Source: Candidatus Acidiferrales bacterium (lineage in GTDB: Bacteria > Acidobacteriota > Terriglobia > Acidiferrales > UBA7541). From it: a stretch of 64,000 nt of DNA. A program made the translations under genes and the position numbers. Positions 46,787-56,348 of this stretch are shown piece by piece (the first letter of the stretch is position 1; each line of letters begins with the position of its first letter). Location of the stretch: NCBI GenBank assembly GCA_035631855.1, contig DASQHY010000107.1:6107-70106 (forward strand), read 5' to 3'. Below the pieces are notes generated by a model. The model was not told where the DNA came from. It searched no databases and worked only from the letters and a program-made list of their open reading frames with translations.

Positions 46787-48275
46787 TTTGCTGCTTGCAC
46801 TGACGGCGCTTGGCAGTGCGCACGCGGCGACGCGCCCGCACTACGGTGGGACGCTGCACGTCGAGATGCGCGAACGCGTCGCCTCGCTCGACCCCCGGCA
46901 GTGGCCGGCGGATTCGGAAGCGAGCGCCGCCGCGGAGAGACTTGCGTCCCTCATCTTTGAACGGCTGGTTGCGCTTGATGAGAACGGGCGTCCGCAGCCG
47001 CAACTCGCTGCCTGGTGGGAACATGATGCGGAGATGAAGAGCTGGAAATTCACGCTGAGAAGCGGAGTCAAATTCCAAGATGGGTCGCCGCTGACCCCGA
47101 AAGATGCCGGCGCGTCACTGGCGCTGATGGCCTCGGACAGCCGGAAAATCATAACCAACGGTTCCTCCATTACATTTGTTTCCGCAGCGCCGGCGCCAAA
47201 TCTTCCGGAAGAACTTGCGAGTGGGCGCACGTTTATTTTCCACGAGCAAGCCGACGGCTCGCTTTCAGGGACCGGCCCGTTCCGGATCGGCGATTGGCCC
47301 CGAGCAAAGACCGACGCTGCCGGTGCGCTGCGTGCCGTTTTCACAGCGAGCGAGGGCGCGTGGAGCGGCCGCCCTTTTGTGGACAGCATCGAAGTCATCA
47401 TGGGCGTGCCCGCTTCGCGGCAGCTTGTGGATTTGCAACTCCGAAGAGCCGACGTCGTTCTCCTTGCGCCGGACCAGGTGCGCCAGGCGGCGCAAGCGGG
47501 GCTGCGAACCTGGTCGTCTGCTCCAGTTGATTTGTTGGCGCTTGTTTTCGAGCATAAGCTGGCGGCTCCTGATCCACGGCTCGGCCAGGCGCTTTCTCTT
47601 TCGATCGACCGGGCAGCCATTGTGAACGTCTTGCTGCAAAAGCAGGGCGAGTCCGCTGGAGGGCTTTTGCCGCAGTGGCTCTCCGGGTATGCTTTCCTAT
47701 TCCCCCCCGCGGGGGATGCGGAGCGCGCCAAGCAACTGCGCGGGGAACTCGGCGCCGCAGCAGTACAACAACTGCGGCTTCAAGTGGAAGCGGGGAATGA
47801 AACATCGAAGCTCGTGGCGGAGCGCGTTGCGGTGAATGCCAGACAAGCAGGATTCTCCGTGCAGGTGAGCGGAAGAAGCGATGCGGCGGCCCAAGTGCCT
47901 CCTCCAAGTTCTCAGCCGGTCCTGACGGTGAGGCTGGTCCGTTACCGTCTGGGTTCGGTCATGCCGAGCGCAGCCCTCACCGCGATGGCCGCTTCGTTGG
48001 GACTGAGTGACGATTCGGCGGCGGCGCTGAAGAAAATTGGCGGGAACGACCCGGAACAGTCGTACGCTGCTGAACGCTTGCTCTTGGAGAGTGGTCAGGT
48101 GATTCCTTTGGTGTATCTGCCGGAGACGGTGGGCCTTGGACCTGCGGTGCGCGATTGGATGCCGCGGCGCTGGGGGACTTGGCGTCTTGAAGATGTATGG
48201 CTCGACCGCGGGGAAGCCGCGACGGCAGGGGTGTCCAATTCTTCGAATGAGGCAGCGGCAGGAGCGCGCCCGTGA
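46749..48275 (+). CDS. family-5 (peptide/nickel type) solute-binding protein with no adjacent ABC permease or ATPase
   Basis: Signal peptide ending AHA. The mature N-terminus RPHYGGTLHVEM and the overall length fit SBP_bac_5. The family call is from pattern memory. Confidence 0.75.
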   Translation: MRLIAFRLLARGSLLLALTALGSAHAATRPHYGGTLHVEMRERVASLDPRQWPADSEASAAAERLASLIFERLVALDENGRPQPQLAAWWEHDAEMKSWKFTLRSGVKFQDGSPLTPKDAGASLALMASDSRKIITNGSSITFVSAAPAPNLPEELASGRTFIFHEQADGSLSGTGPFRIGDWPRAKTDAAGALRAVFTASEGAWSGRPFVDSIEVIMGVPASRQLVDLQLRRADVVLLAPDQVRQAAQAGLRTWSSAPVDLLALVFEHKLAAPDPRLGQALSLSIDRAAIVNVLLQKQGESAGGLLPQWLSGYAFLFPPAGDAERAKQLRGELGAAAVQQLRLQVEAGNETSKLVAERVAVNARQAGFSVQVSGRSDAAAQVPPPSSQPVLTVRLVRYRLGSVMPSAALTAMAASLGLSDDSAAALKKIGGNDPEQSYAAERLLLESGQVIPLVYLPETVGLGPAVRDWMPRRWGTWRLEDVWLDRGEAATAGVSNSSNEAAAGARP

Positions 48276-50107
48276 GTTTTCGCACCAAGCTGCTGATAAT
48301 TTTTCTTCTGTCCATCGGCACGTCCGTCAGCGTGGTGACCTGGGGCGTGACGCGCTACACCCGGGAGAGGTTTGAGCAGCTCGACGCGCAGCGCACTGAA
48401 GCGCTGGTGGCACAATTCAACAAGGAGTTCCAGCAGCGCGGCGAAGAGGTGGTCCATCGCGTCCAGGGGATGGCCGATTCCGAAGGCACGCTGCGCATGG
48501 CCATTGCGCTCGCCCAGCCCAACGCCGATCTCTCGCTCTACGTCAATGACGCGACAGGGCTCGCTCAGGAGAGCCACCTCGACTACGTCGAGCTCGCCGG
48601 AAACGACGGCACGGTCATCTCTTCGGCGCAGCGGCGCGCGTTTATCGGCTACAAAAACGATTGGGTCACGCAGGAGAAAGATTGGAAGTCGCAGGGCGCG
48701 TTTCTGAGGCGCGAGGAACTTCCCGACGGTGTGGCGCTTTCCCTGTCGGCGGTGCGTACCGTCACGGTGGCCGACAAGAACTTTTACATTATCGGCGGTG
48801 TTCGTCTCGACCAGGATTTTCTTGCTTCTCTGGTGCTGCCGGCGGGAATGCGCGCGCTGCTGTACCGCAACCTCGAGCCGGGCTTCATTGCTTCTGCGCT
48901 GGCCGACCCGTCCGGCCATCCCGGCCAGCCGGAGCGCTTCGCGCCCCTCATCGAGCAGGTGCAGAAGCAGTTGAAGCCCGCGGTCCAGACCATCGGGTGG
49001 ACGCTTGACCCAGCGAGCGCGGAAACATTTCATGCGCTGCCCTTGCTGGGAAGAAGGAACGAGCTTCTGGGGGTGCTGCTGGTAGGTAGCTCGCGAAGCG
49101 ACTTGGTCACACTGGCGAATTTCATCCGTCTGATTGCGCTGGTGGTCGGAGCGGCGGGCCTCGTTCTGGGTTTCCTGCTCAGCTGGTGGGTCTCGGCGCG
49201 CGTAACTCGCCCGGTTGTAAAGTTGGCCGCGGGGGCGCGCGAAGTGGCCGCGGGAAACTGGCAGACTCGCGTGGACGTGAGCACCTCGGACGAAATCGGC
49301 CAGCTCGCAACGGCGTTCAACGATATGACGCGCCAACTCGACGGCCAGCGCGAACGGTTGTTGCAGGCCGAACGCGTGGCCGCATGGCGTGAACTGGCGC
49401 GGCGCCTGGCGCATGAACTGCGCAATCCGCTCTTTCCGTTGCAGATCACCGTGGAGAACCTGCAGCGCGCGCGCGGACTCTCGCAGCCGCAGTTCGAAGA
49501 GATCTTCCAGGAGTCCACGGCCACGCTGCGTGCCGAGCTAGAAAACTTACATTCCATCGTGGGACGCTTCAGTGATTTCTCGAAAATGCCCGCGCCGCAC
49601 TGGCAATCGGTGAACCTGAACGAAACGGTCCGCGATGCGCTGCGGGTTTTCGAGGCGCAGTTCAATGCCGTCGGCAAACCGCCTATCACGCCCGAGTTGT
49701 ATCTCGCGGAGCCGCTTCCCGAGGTGCAAGCCGACCCCGATTTGCTGCATCGCGCCTTGCAGAACCTGATGCTCAACGCGATGGACGCGATGCCCGCGGG
49801 AGGCACGCTCACACTCCGGACTTTGGCGCGCGAGGGAGGAGTTCGACTGGAGGTCTCCGACACGGGCACAGGGCTCACGCAAGAAGAGTGCGCGCGGTTG
49901 TTTACGCCGTACTACACGACGAAGCATCACGGCACCGGGCTCGGACTTGCCATCGTGCAGTCCGTCGTGAGCGACCATGGCGGCACCATCGCCGTTTCGA
50001 GCGAGCCCGGACGCGGCACCACCTTTCACATTGACCTGCCGCTGCGGCCTGCGGTGATGTCGGCTTCAGCGCCGCCCGCCGCGAAAGCCGTGCGTGCCGC
50101 GAGTTGA
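48272..50107 (+). CDS. sensor histidine kinase with a large periplasmic domain, HAMP, HisKA and HATPase domains
   Basis: 611 aa. TM1, a periplasmic region of about 270 aa, TM2, HAMP (GQLATAFNDM), H-box LAHELRNPL, then DTGTGL and GTGLGL. The GTG start overlaps the SBP stop (GTGA). Confidence 0.9.
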   Translation: MSFRTKLLIIFLLSIGTSVSVVTWGVTRYTRERFEQLDAQRTEALVAQFNKEFQQRGEEVVHRVQGMADSEGTLRMAIALAQPNADLSLYVNDATGLAQESHLDYVELAGNDGTVISSAQRRAFIGYKNDWVTQEKDWKSQGAFLRREELPDGVALSLSAVRTVTVADKNFYIIGGVRLDQDFLASLVLPAGMRALLYRNLEPGFIASALADPSGHPGQPERFAPLIEQVQKQLKPAVQTIGWTLDPASAETFHALPLLGRRNELLGVLLVGSSRSDLVTLANFIRLIALVVGAAGLVLGFLLSWWVSARVTRPVVKLAAGAREVAAGNWQTRVDVSTSDEIGQLATAFNDMTRQLDGQRERLLQAERVAAWRELARRLAHELRNPLFPLQITVENLQRARGLSQPQFEEIFQESTATLRAELENLHSIVGRFSDFSKMPAPHWQSVNLNETVRDALRVFEAQFNAVGKPPITPELYLAEPLPEVQADPDLLHRALQNLMLNAMDAMPAGGTLTLRTLAREGGVRLEVSDTGTGLTQEECARLFTPYYTTKHHGTGLGLAIVQSVVSDHGGTIAVSSEPGRGTTFHIDLPLRPAVMSASAPPAAKAVRAAS

Positions 50108-51513
50108 GCACCCCAGAAGGGAATTCCGTGCCTGCCAAAGCTCACCTGCTGCTCGTTGATGACGACCCCAACACCCTGGCGTCGCTTTCGCGTGCTTTCC
50201 GGCTGGCGGGGCATGAAGCCACCGTGTGCGACTCCGCCACGCGGGCTCTCGAACTGGTGCGCACGGAGAAATTTGACGTAATTTTTTCCGACGTGGTGAT
50301 GCCGGGAAAAGACGGCCTCACGTTGCTCAAAGACTTGCAAGCTGCCGGCGTGAAGGTCCCCGTGATCATGATTTCCGGCCAGGCCAACGTCGAGATGGCG
50401 GTGCGCGCCACGCGGTTGGGCGCGCTCGATTTTCTCGAGAAGCCTCTCTCCACCGAAAAGTTGCTGGTGACCGTCGAAAACGCACTGCGCATTTCACGGC
50501 TCGAGCAGGAAAACCGCGAACTGCGCCAGCGCATCGGCAAACACGAAATCATCTGGACGGGGCCGGCTATGCAGCGGGTCATGACGCAAATCGAGCGCGT
50601 GGCGGCCAGCGAGACGCGCGTCTGCATCCTGGGCGAGACCGGCACAGGGAAAGAATTGGTGACGCGGGCTATTCACGAGAAGAGCCCGCGGCACGACGGA
50701 CCTTTCATCACGCTCAATTGCGCCGCGGTGCCCGCGGAATTGATCGAGTCGGAGTTGTTCGGCCACGAAAAGGGCGCATTCACCGGAGCCGCCGCCAGAC
50801 ACCTCGGCAAATTCGAACAGGCTCACGGCGGAACGCTCTTCCTCGACGAAATCGGCGACATGCCGCTGGCCATGCAGGCAAAACTCCTCCGCGTTCTCGA
50901 AGAAGGCGAAGTCGAGCGGGTGGGCGGGGACAAGCCGGTCGGCGTCGATGTCCGCGTGATTGTTGCCACGCACCACAACCTCGACGACCTCGTGAAGCAG
51001 GGCGCTTTTCGCCGCGACCTGTTTCACCGAATCTACGTCTTTCCTCTTGCGCTTCCCCCGCTGCGCGAGCGCCCCGAGGATTTTCCAGCGCTGGCGAAGC
51101 ACTTTGCTGCTCAGGTGGCTGCTCAGAACGGCTGGAAGGAAAAGGAGTTTGCCCCGGAAGCCATCGAGGAATTGAAGCGCTACTCCTGGCCGGGAAATTT
51201 GCGCGAACTGCGAAACGTAGTCGAACGTATCGTCCTTCTTTCCAGCGACGATGCCGTGAGCGCCGCAGATGTGCGGCTGGCATTGCCGCAAAGCGAAGGC
51301 GCCGGAGTGGCGAGCTATGCCAGCCAGTCGGCGAATGGAACGCTGGCGCAACGCGTGGAAGGCTTCGAAAGGGAAGTGCTTTTGGCGGAGTTGAAGCGCC
51401 AGAATCATCACATGACCAACGTGGCGCGGGCGCTGGGCCTCGAGCGCAGCCACCTGTACAAGAAATGCCAGCAACTGGGGATCGACTTGCAAACTCTCCG
51501 GAAGCACGATTAG
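50104..51513 (+). CDS. sigma-54-dependent response regulator (NtrC family)
   Basis: REC (LLLVDDDPN, SDVVMPG). AAA+ domain (GETGTGKE, ESELFGHEKGAFTGA, LFLDEIGDM). HTH (VARALGLERSHLYKK). The start overlaps the kinase stop. Confidence 0.92.
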   Translation: MSTPEGNSVPAKAHLLLVDDDPNTLASLSRAFRLAGHEATVCDSATRALELVRTEKFDVIFSDVVMPGKDGLTLLKDLQAAGVKVPVIMISGQANVEMAVRATRLGALDFLEKPLSTEKLLVTVENALRISRLEQENRELRQRIGKHEIIWTGPAMQRVMTQIERVAASETRVCILGETGTGKELVTRAIHEKSPRHDGPFITLNCAAVPAELIESELFGHEKGAFTGAAARHLGKFEQAHGGTLFLDEIGDMPLAMQAKLLRVLEEGEVERVGGDKPVGVDVRVIVATHHNLDDLVKQGAFRRDLFHRIYVFPLALPPLRERPEDFPALAKHFAAQVAAQNGWKEKEFAPEAIEELKRYSWPGNLRELRNVVERIVLLSSDDAVSAADVRLALPQSEGAGVASYASQSANGTLAQRVEGFEREVLLAELKRQNHHMTNVARALGLERSHLYKKCQQLGIDLQTLRKHD

Positions 51514-51688
51514 CGAAAAGTGTATGGGAAACATTCCTCTGATTCCTTGCCTCGCTGCCTAATCCGCCGAAGCCCGCCCCCATTCTGAGCGCCGCCCAAA
51601 AACAATTCGCCCTTCCCTCCCCGACCGCGGCTTCGCCGCAGTCACGGACAATTGGCCTTACAGTGCTGTTTGTTGCTTGCCGGGCCGG

Positions 51689-52237
51689 CTAGTCCGGTGA
51701 GTTTTTCGCAGCGCCGCGGGCGTCTTTGGCGTGAAGGGCGAACAGGATGGCATCCATGCCCATAATGGTGTCTCGCCGCACGGTTTGGAAGTTCAATTTT
51801 TGCAGCAATCGAATCGAAGCGATGTTTTGCGGATGAACAAACGCATTGATTTGGCCGAAGTGAAACTCGCCGAACCCGGCGCGCACCCACGCAGACGCAG
51901 CTTCCGTCGCCAATCCCTTGCCCCAATGGGATGGCGCGAATCGATATCCAAGGTCAATCCATCTATAGTCCTTGAGATCGATCAGCCCCGCATCCCCTAT
52001 CGGAGTCTCTGACTCGCGGTCCAAGATCATCCACTTGCTGAAGCCGTGGGCCTGCTGGTGCTCCCGATACCTTGCCAGCCGCGCCTGCGTCTCTTCGAGG
52101 GACTTGTCGGGACCCGTCGACGTGAAGCGCATCACTAGCGGGCTGCCGAACCATCCGAACGCCGCCTCGGCGTCGTTGGATTCGAACGGGCGCAGGATCA
52201 GCCGCGGAGTTTCCAGGACCTTCAGCACGGCCGGCAT
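51689..52237 (-). CDS. GNAT-family N-acetyltransferase (RimJ/RimL-like)
   Basis: 182 aa. TPRLILRPF at the N-terminus and WGKGLATEA in the acetyl-CoA binding region. It lies 55 bp downstream of the GT2 gene on the same strand. Confidence 0.85.
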   Translation of the reverse strand: MPAVLKVLETPRLILRPFESNDAEAAFGWFGSPLVMRFTSTGPDKSLEETQARLARYREHQQAHGFSKWMILDRESETPIGDAGLIDLKDYRWIDLGYRFAPSHWGKGLATEAASAWVRAGFGEFHFGQINAFVHPQNIASIRLLQKLNFQTVRRDTIMGMDAILFALHAKDARGAAKNSPD

Positions 52238-52292
52238 TATACGGGGCGCCAGAATCGGCCGCCAAGTTCTCGGCGCCTCTACCTGCTGGTTT

Positions 52293-53714
52293 CTAAGTTG
52301 GATTCTTGGCGGGAGTGGATTCGAGTCCCTGGCGTTTCATGGGCCGCCAGACCACGTCGCCGCGCATGTACTGCCAAAGGCCTTGAAGCCGCCAAATCAT
52401 GTGGAGCTGGCGGTAGGGGAAGTGTTCGAAGAAGCAGTAGCTCACCAGGCGCGCCACATCCTTCCAGTCGTTATAACGTTTGTAGGTCATCTCTTCTTGC
52501 AGGACCGAGCCAATCGAAATCACCGTAGCGAACGCATATCCAAAAATCAGAAACTGTATAAAGAACCCGCGGCTCAGCACACCGAACCAGGCGGCCAAAG
52601 CGATGGTCACGATGCCGCCCAACTCGATCACGGGCGCGAGCAACTCGTACACCCACAGGTAAGGAAGCGCCAGGCAACCGATTCGTCCATAGCGCGGCCG
52701 GAACAGCATGTCGCGGTTCGGCCAGAGAACGTCGAGCAGCCCCTTTTGCCAGCGGGAGCGCTGCCGGGCAAGCGAGCGCAGGTCGGCAGGGACCTCGGTC
52801 CAGCAAACCGGGTCGGGGACAAAACTGATGTGGTAGTCGGCGCCCTGCTCGAGAAGGCGGCGGTGCATTCGCGCCACTAAGTCGAAGTCTTCGCCGATGG
52901 CGGACGGGCGATAACCGCCCACAGCGCGTACCAACTCCGTGCGGAACACCCCGAATGCCCCGGAAATGATCATCAGCATGTTGGCGTGCGCCCAAGCCTC
53001 CCTCCCGATCAAGAACGCGCGCAGGTATTCCACCACCTGAATGACCTCGATGCTTTTCCTCGGCAAGCGAACCCGGCGCATATGCCCTTCTTCGATCTCC
53101 GAACCGTTCAAGACGCGCACAATTCCGCCCACGCACACGACGCGCTTGGGGTCAGCCAGGATCGGGATCATGATTCGCAGAAGGGCATCCTTTTCCAAGA
53201 TTGAATCGGCATCTACAACGCAGACATAGGGAGACGTCACCGCATTCAGCCCGGCGTTCACTGCGTCCGCTTTGCTTCCTCCCGGCTCCTTATCTATCAC
53301 CAGAAGCCGAGGGTCCGCTTCACAACGGTACAACGCCTTTACCTGGGCGCTCTGCACCTGCGGAATATAGACGACGCGGATCAGGCGCAATCGAAATTCC
53401 TTGTTTAGCTCTTCGAGTGTGCCGTCCACCGAACCGTCATTGATGACGATGACTTCGATTTCCGGATAGTCCAATTCGAGGAGATTCCGCACGGCCACAC
53501 GGATGGATTTTTCTTCGTTATGAGCGGGCGCGAGAATGGTGATGGGAGGTGCCAGCGGGGTGTCCTTGATCCATCCCAAGCGGTGGCTCTGCAGGTCCCT
53601 CTGGTGCGCGGCCGTCGTCTTCAAGGCTGTGAGCAGCATCAGCAGGTAGGCCAGATTGCAGACCAGGTAGTAGTAGAACAGAGCTTGGTTGGCAATCTCC
53701 AGAAAGTGAATCAT
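52293..53714 (-). CDS. processive family-2 glycosyltransferase (PgaC/IcaA/BcsA-like membrane synthase)
   Basis: From ATG 53714 (MIHFLEIA). N- and C-terminal TM helices. Motifs INDGSVD, VVDADS, GED and QRSRWQKG (the Q.xRW motif). The start overlaps the upstream stop (ATGA). The track ORF extends spuriously to 54095. Confidence 0.88.
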   Translation of the reverse strand: MIHFLEIANQALFYYYLVCNLAYLLMLLTALKTTAAHQRDLQSHRLGWIKDTPLAPPITILAPAHNEEKSIRVAVRNLLELDYPEIEVIVINDGSVDGTLEELNKEFRLRLIRVVYIPQVQSAQVKALYRCEADPRLLVIDKEPGGSKADAVNAGLNAVTSPYVCVVDADSILEKDALLRIMIPILADPKRVVCVGGIVRVLNGSEIEEGHMRRVRLPRKSIEVIQVVEYLRAFLIGREAWAHANMLMIISGAFGVFRTELVRAVGGYRPSAIGEDFDLVARMHRRLLEQGADYHISFVPDPVCWTEVPADLRSLARQRSRWQKGLLDVLWPNRDMLFRPRYGRIGCLALPYLWVYELLAPVIELGGIVTIALAAWFGVLSRGFFIQFLIFGYAFATVISIGSVLQEEMTYKRYNDWKDVARLVSYCFFEHFPYRQLHMIWRLQGLWQYMRGDVVWRPMKRQGLESTPAKNPT

Positions 53715-54928
53715 GGTGCATGCGCCCTTCCAGCCGCCGAAATTTCGGCGGAATCGGGCTGCGGCGAAGGGAGCTTTCCCGTGAGAAGCACTTCGAGCAA
53801 TTGGTGCTTTTCTTCCTCTTTGATGTGCGTGCAAGAGGCAATCTCGGATTCGATCTTGTGCCGCAAGTCTGCATTCTCCACTGCGGTCAGGAACGCATGA
53901 AGGCCGTAGCGGTCCCGCGTGGCGACCGCCTGCTCGAAAACCTGAACCATGTCGGTGTGAAACTCCACCAATCCCTCGGCGGCGCGCAGGCGCACCAACC
54001 GGTTCGAATCGGAAAGGCCGCGCAGCAGCGCCGGGATGGCTCCGCGCTGATGCAGTTTGCCAAGGCTGATGATGGCGCGCAGGCGCACGAACCACACTTT
54101 GTCTTGGGCGAGCTCGCTCAGGGCCACGAGTGCCAGTCCGCTTTGCGCGTGCGACAATCCGCGGGCTGCCGCGGCTCGCAATTCATCGAGGTTGTCGTCG
54201 GCAAACTGCAAGAGCTCCATCCCCATCGCGGGAGAGGCCACTTCCCCGAGCACGCGGCCGAGCACCTCCCGCACAGGACCTTCGGCATGCTGCAGATACG
54301 GAATCAGCAGTTGCGGGCGCTCTGCGGCACATTGGATGAGGGCGTTTTGCAGCGGAAGTGGCGGCACCTTGAGTCCGGCTTCCCCGACCCAGGCCAGGAT
54401 TTCCGCGGCCGCCTCGGGACATGCCATGCGCCCGAGCCCACGCAACGCGGCAAGCTGTATTTCGGAGTCGCGATCGCGCAACCCCTCCGCGAGCGCGGGG
54501 ATGCCCTCCGGCGCGCGCGTCCGGCCCAGCGCGACCAGGGCCCGGTGGCGCCGCCAGCCGCGATGCCGCCGCGCTTCGAAGATGCGTTTCTCGATCAAGC
54601 CGCTGGCGCGGAGGAATTTCAGCAAGCGGGCTGATTCGTCCGGACCTGCCGATTCAAATGCGTCCAGAGCAATCTCTTCGACCACGCGGCGACGGAAGGG
54701 CTTCTGGCGCCAATGCTCGAAGGGAATCTTCCCGGAAATCAGCGCATCCCAATCTTGCCGGAACTCGAACACGCAAGCGTCGCGCTTCGCAAAATAGCGT
54801 TTGCGGTACGCCCGGCGCAGCAAAATGAATCCGAGCAGCAAAGCGTCGGCCGCGATCGCGGCCACGATAGCCTTCAGGACAAAGGCTGCCGGACCTAGTC
54901 TCCGAAATGTCTCAAAAGCGGATGCCAT
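53711..54928 (-). CDS. membrane-anchored HEAT-repeat protein
   Basis: From ATG 54928 (MASAFETF). One TM helix (AFVLKAIVAAIAADALLLGFILL), then repeated motifs such as AL..LG....A...L...L.D and VRLRAAEGL. Confidence 0.7.
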   Translation of the reverse strand: MASAFETFRRLGPAAFVLKAIVAAIAADALLLGFILLRRAYRKRYFAKRDACVFEFRQDWDALISGKIPFEHWRQKPFRRRVVEEIALDAFESAGPDESARLLKFLRASGLIEKRIFEARRHRGWRRHRALVALGRTRAPEGIPALAEGLRDRDSEIQLAALRGLGRMACPEAAAEILAWVGEAGLKVPPLPLQNALIQCAAERPQLLIPYLQHAEGPVREVLGRVLGEVASPAMGMELLQFADDNLDELRAAAARGLSHAQSGLALVALSELAQDKVWFVRLRAIISLGKLHQRGAIPALLRGLSDSNRLVRLRAAEGLVEFHTDMVQVFEQAVATRDRYGLHAFLTAVENADLRHKIESEIASCTHIKEEEKHQLLEVLLTGKLPSPQPDSAEISAAGRAHAP

Positions 54929-56231
54929 AGCTGAATCCAAACACCGTGTCGGTGCGCCCCTGGGTGCGTTTCTGATAGCCGGCGGAGGCCGCCACGTCCT
55001 GCGCCGCCGTGAATCGAAGCCGGAATCCGCCGCCGTAGGTGTGCGAAGAGAAGCGGCCGAGTTGGTCCACGTTGGCAAAACTCTCTGTGCCCGCTGCGAA
55101 GAAAACATTTCCCGTGAAACGCCGCTCACCCGAGCCTGCCAGCGGGAAGTTCAGGCGTGTGGCGCCGGAGGGCCGCCATTCCGCGGGGACGCCGGAAAAA
55201 CGGCTGCGGGCGCCCGTCAACGCGACCGACCAGGAAAATTCGCGTGGGAGGTAAACCAAAGTGGCGCCGGAAACGGTCAAGATGCGCGCCGTCGAATACC
55301 AGAACCAGTGCGGGCCGCCGCTCGCTTCCACGCCACGAAGAAAGCCTCTCTCGGAGACTCGCCAGCCTCGGCCATATTCAAAAAAGCCTTCCCGGCGCGG
55401 AACGATCCCTTCGTCATGTGCGGCGGCTCCTCCGAAGGTGAGCGCTCCCCAGTGCATGGAACGCCCGGTCAGGGTGAAGGCGCCTTTGTCCGCTGAGAAG
55501 CCTGCGCGTTGAAAAAATGTGCCGGCCAGACTCGTGCTCCAATGCGGGGACCAGCGTGAAGCAAGACTCACCGACTGTCCCTGATTCGCGTCCGCATAAT
55601 TGAACCAGTCGGTATCCGAGCCGATGCGCAATTCATGGCGTGGCTCGGGCCGAAGGGAGGTGAGGCCGGCGCGTGCCTCGCGGCTCGATGGATCGAGATA
55701 AATCGCCGCGGCGAAATCTTCGCGGGCTTCCCGGCGGCGGCCGAGTGTGCGCAGGACGCGGCCGCGGGCCAGCACCACGTCGCTTCGCCGAGGGTCTACC
55801 TGGATCGCGCGGCTCAGCAGCGGCAACGCTTCCTCGAACCGTTGTTGCCGCGCAAGCACTCCGGCGAGACCTTCCAGCAGGTCGGTGTCATCCGCCGCCG
55901 TGTCGAGTGCCTGGCGATACTCCGCCTCGGCTTCCGGCAGCCGGCCCATCCAGGTGAGCAGGCGCGCGCGCCATCCCTCGGCTTCCACATCGCCGGGCGC
56001 CGCCAGGAGACGGTCGTCCACGACCTTGATGGCGGTTTCCAACTGTTGCGCCTTCACAAGCTCGCGAACGCGATCTTGCCAGTCCGGGACTTGCTGCTTG
56101 GCAGAAAGCACGCCGCAGCACACAAACAGTACCGCCCAACCGGCAACCAGAATCGCAATGACCTGCGATCGCGAGATTGCGATGTTTGCGCCCTCCGTTT
56201 TCCTGCGTCTGCTCACACGAACCCCCGGCAA
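54912..56231 (-). CDS. TPR-repeat protein fused to a predicted outer-membrane beta-barrel (PgaA/BcsC/YaiO-like, tentative)
   Basis: Signal/TM segment, TPR-like helices, then about 250 aa of alternating beta-strand pattern ending in the aromatic terminus FGFSYGIRF. It overlaps the HEAT gene by 17 nt. Confidence 0.7.
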   Translation of the reverse strand: MPGVRVSRRRKTEGANIAISRSQVIAILVAGWAVLFVCCGVLSAKQQVPDWQDRVRELVKAQQLETAIKVVDDRLLAAPGDVEAEGWRARLLTWMGRLPEAEAEYRQALDTAADDTDLLEGLAGVLARQQRFEEALPLLSRAIQVDPRRSDVVLARGRVLRTLGRRREAREDFAAAIYLDPSSREARAGLTSLRPEPRHELRIGSDTDWFNYADANQGQSVSLASRWSPHWSTSLAGTFFQRAGFSADKGAFTLTGRSMHWGALTFGGAAAHDEGIVPRREGFFEYGRGWRVSERGFLRGVEASGGPHWFWYSTARILTVSGATLVYLPREFSWSVALTGARSRFSGVPAEWRPSGATRLNFPLAGSGERRFTGNVFFAAGTESFANVDQLGRFSSHTYGGGFRLRFTAAQDVAASAGYQKRTQGRTDTVFGFSYGIRF

Positions 56232-56348
56232 GAAAACAGATTCCGTGCAAGACCGAGGCCTTTCGAGATTGTGGAGTTGCCATTACGCCCCTGAAAACAG
56301 AGCAGTTACATAGGCGGTTTGGAGATGGGAATCTGACTCACCCGGAGA

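Noticed and set aside
53715-54095. N-terminal extensions of track ORFs. Examples: GT2 to 54095, dehydratase from 19874, hydrolase to 35907, CoA-transferase from 35786, protease to 45493, hypothetical from 45083, secreted protein from 57770.
   Set aside because: The extensions overlap the neighbouring gene or consist of Arg/Pro-rich junk. Internal starts have SD sequences, coupling overlaps (ATGA) or signal peptides.
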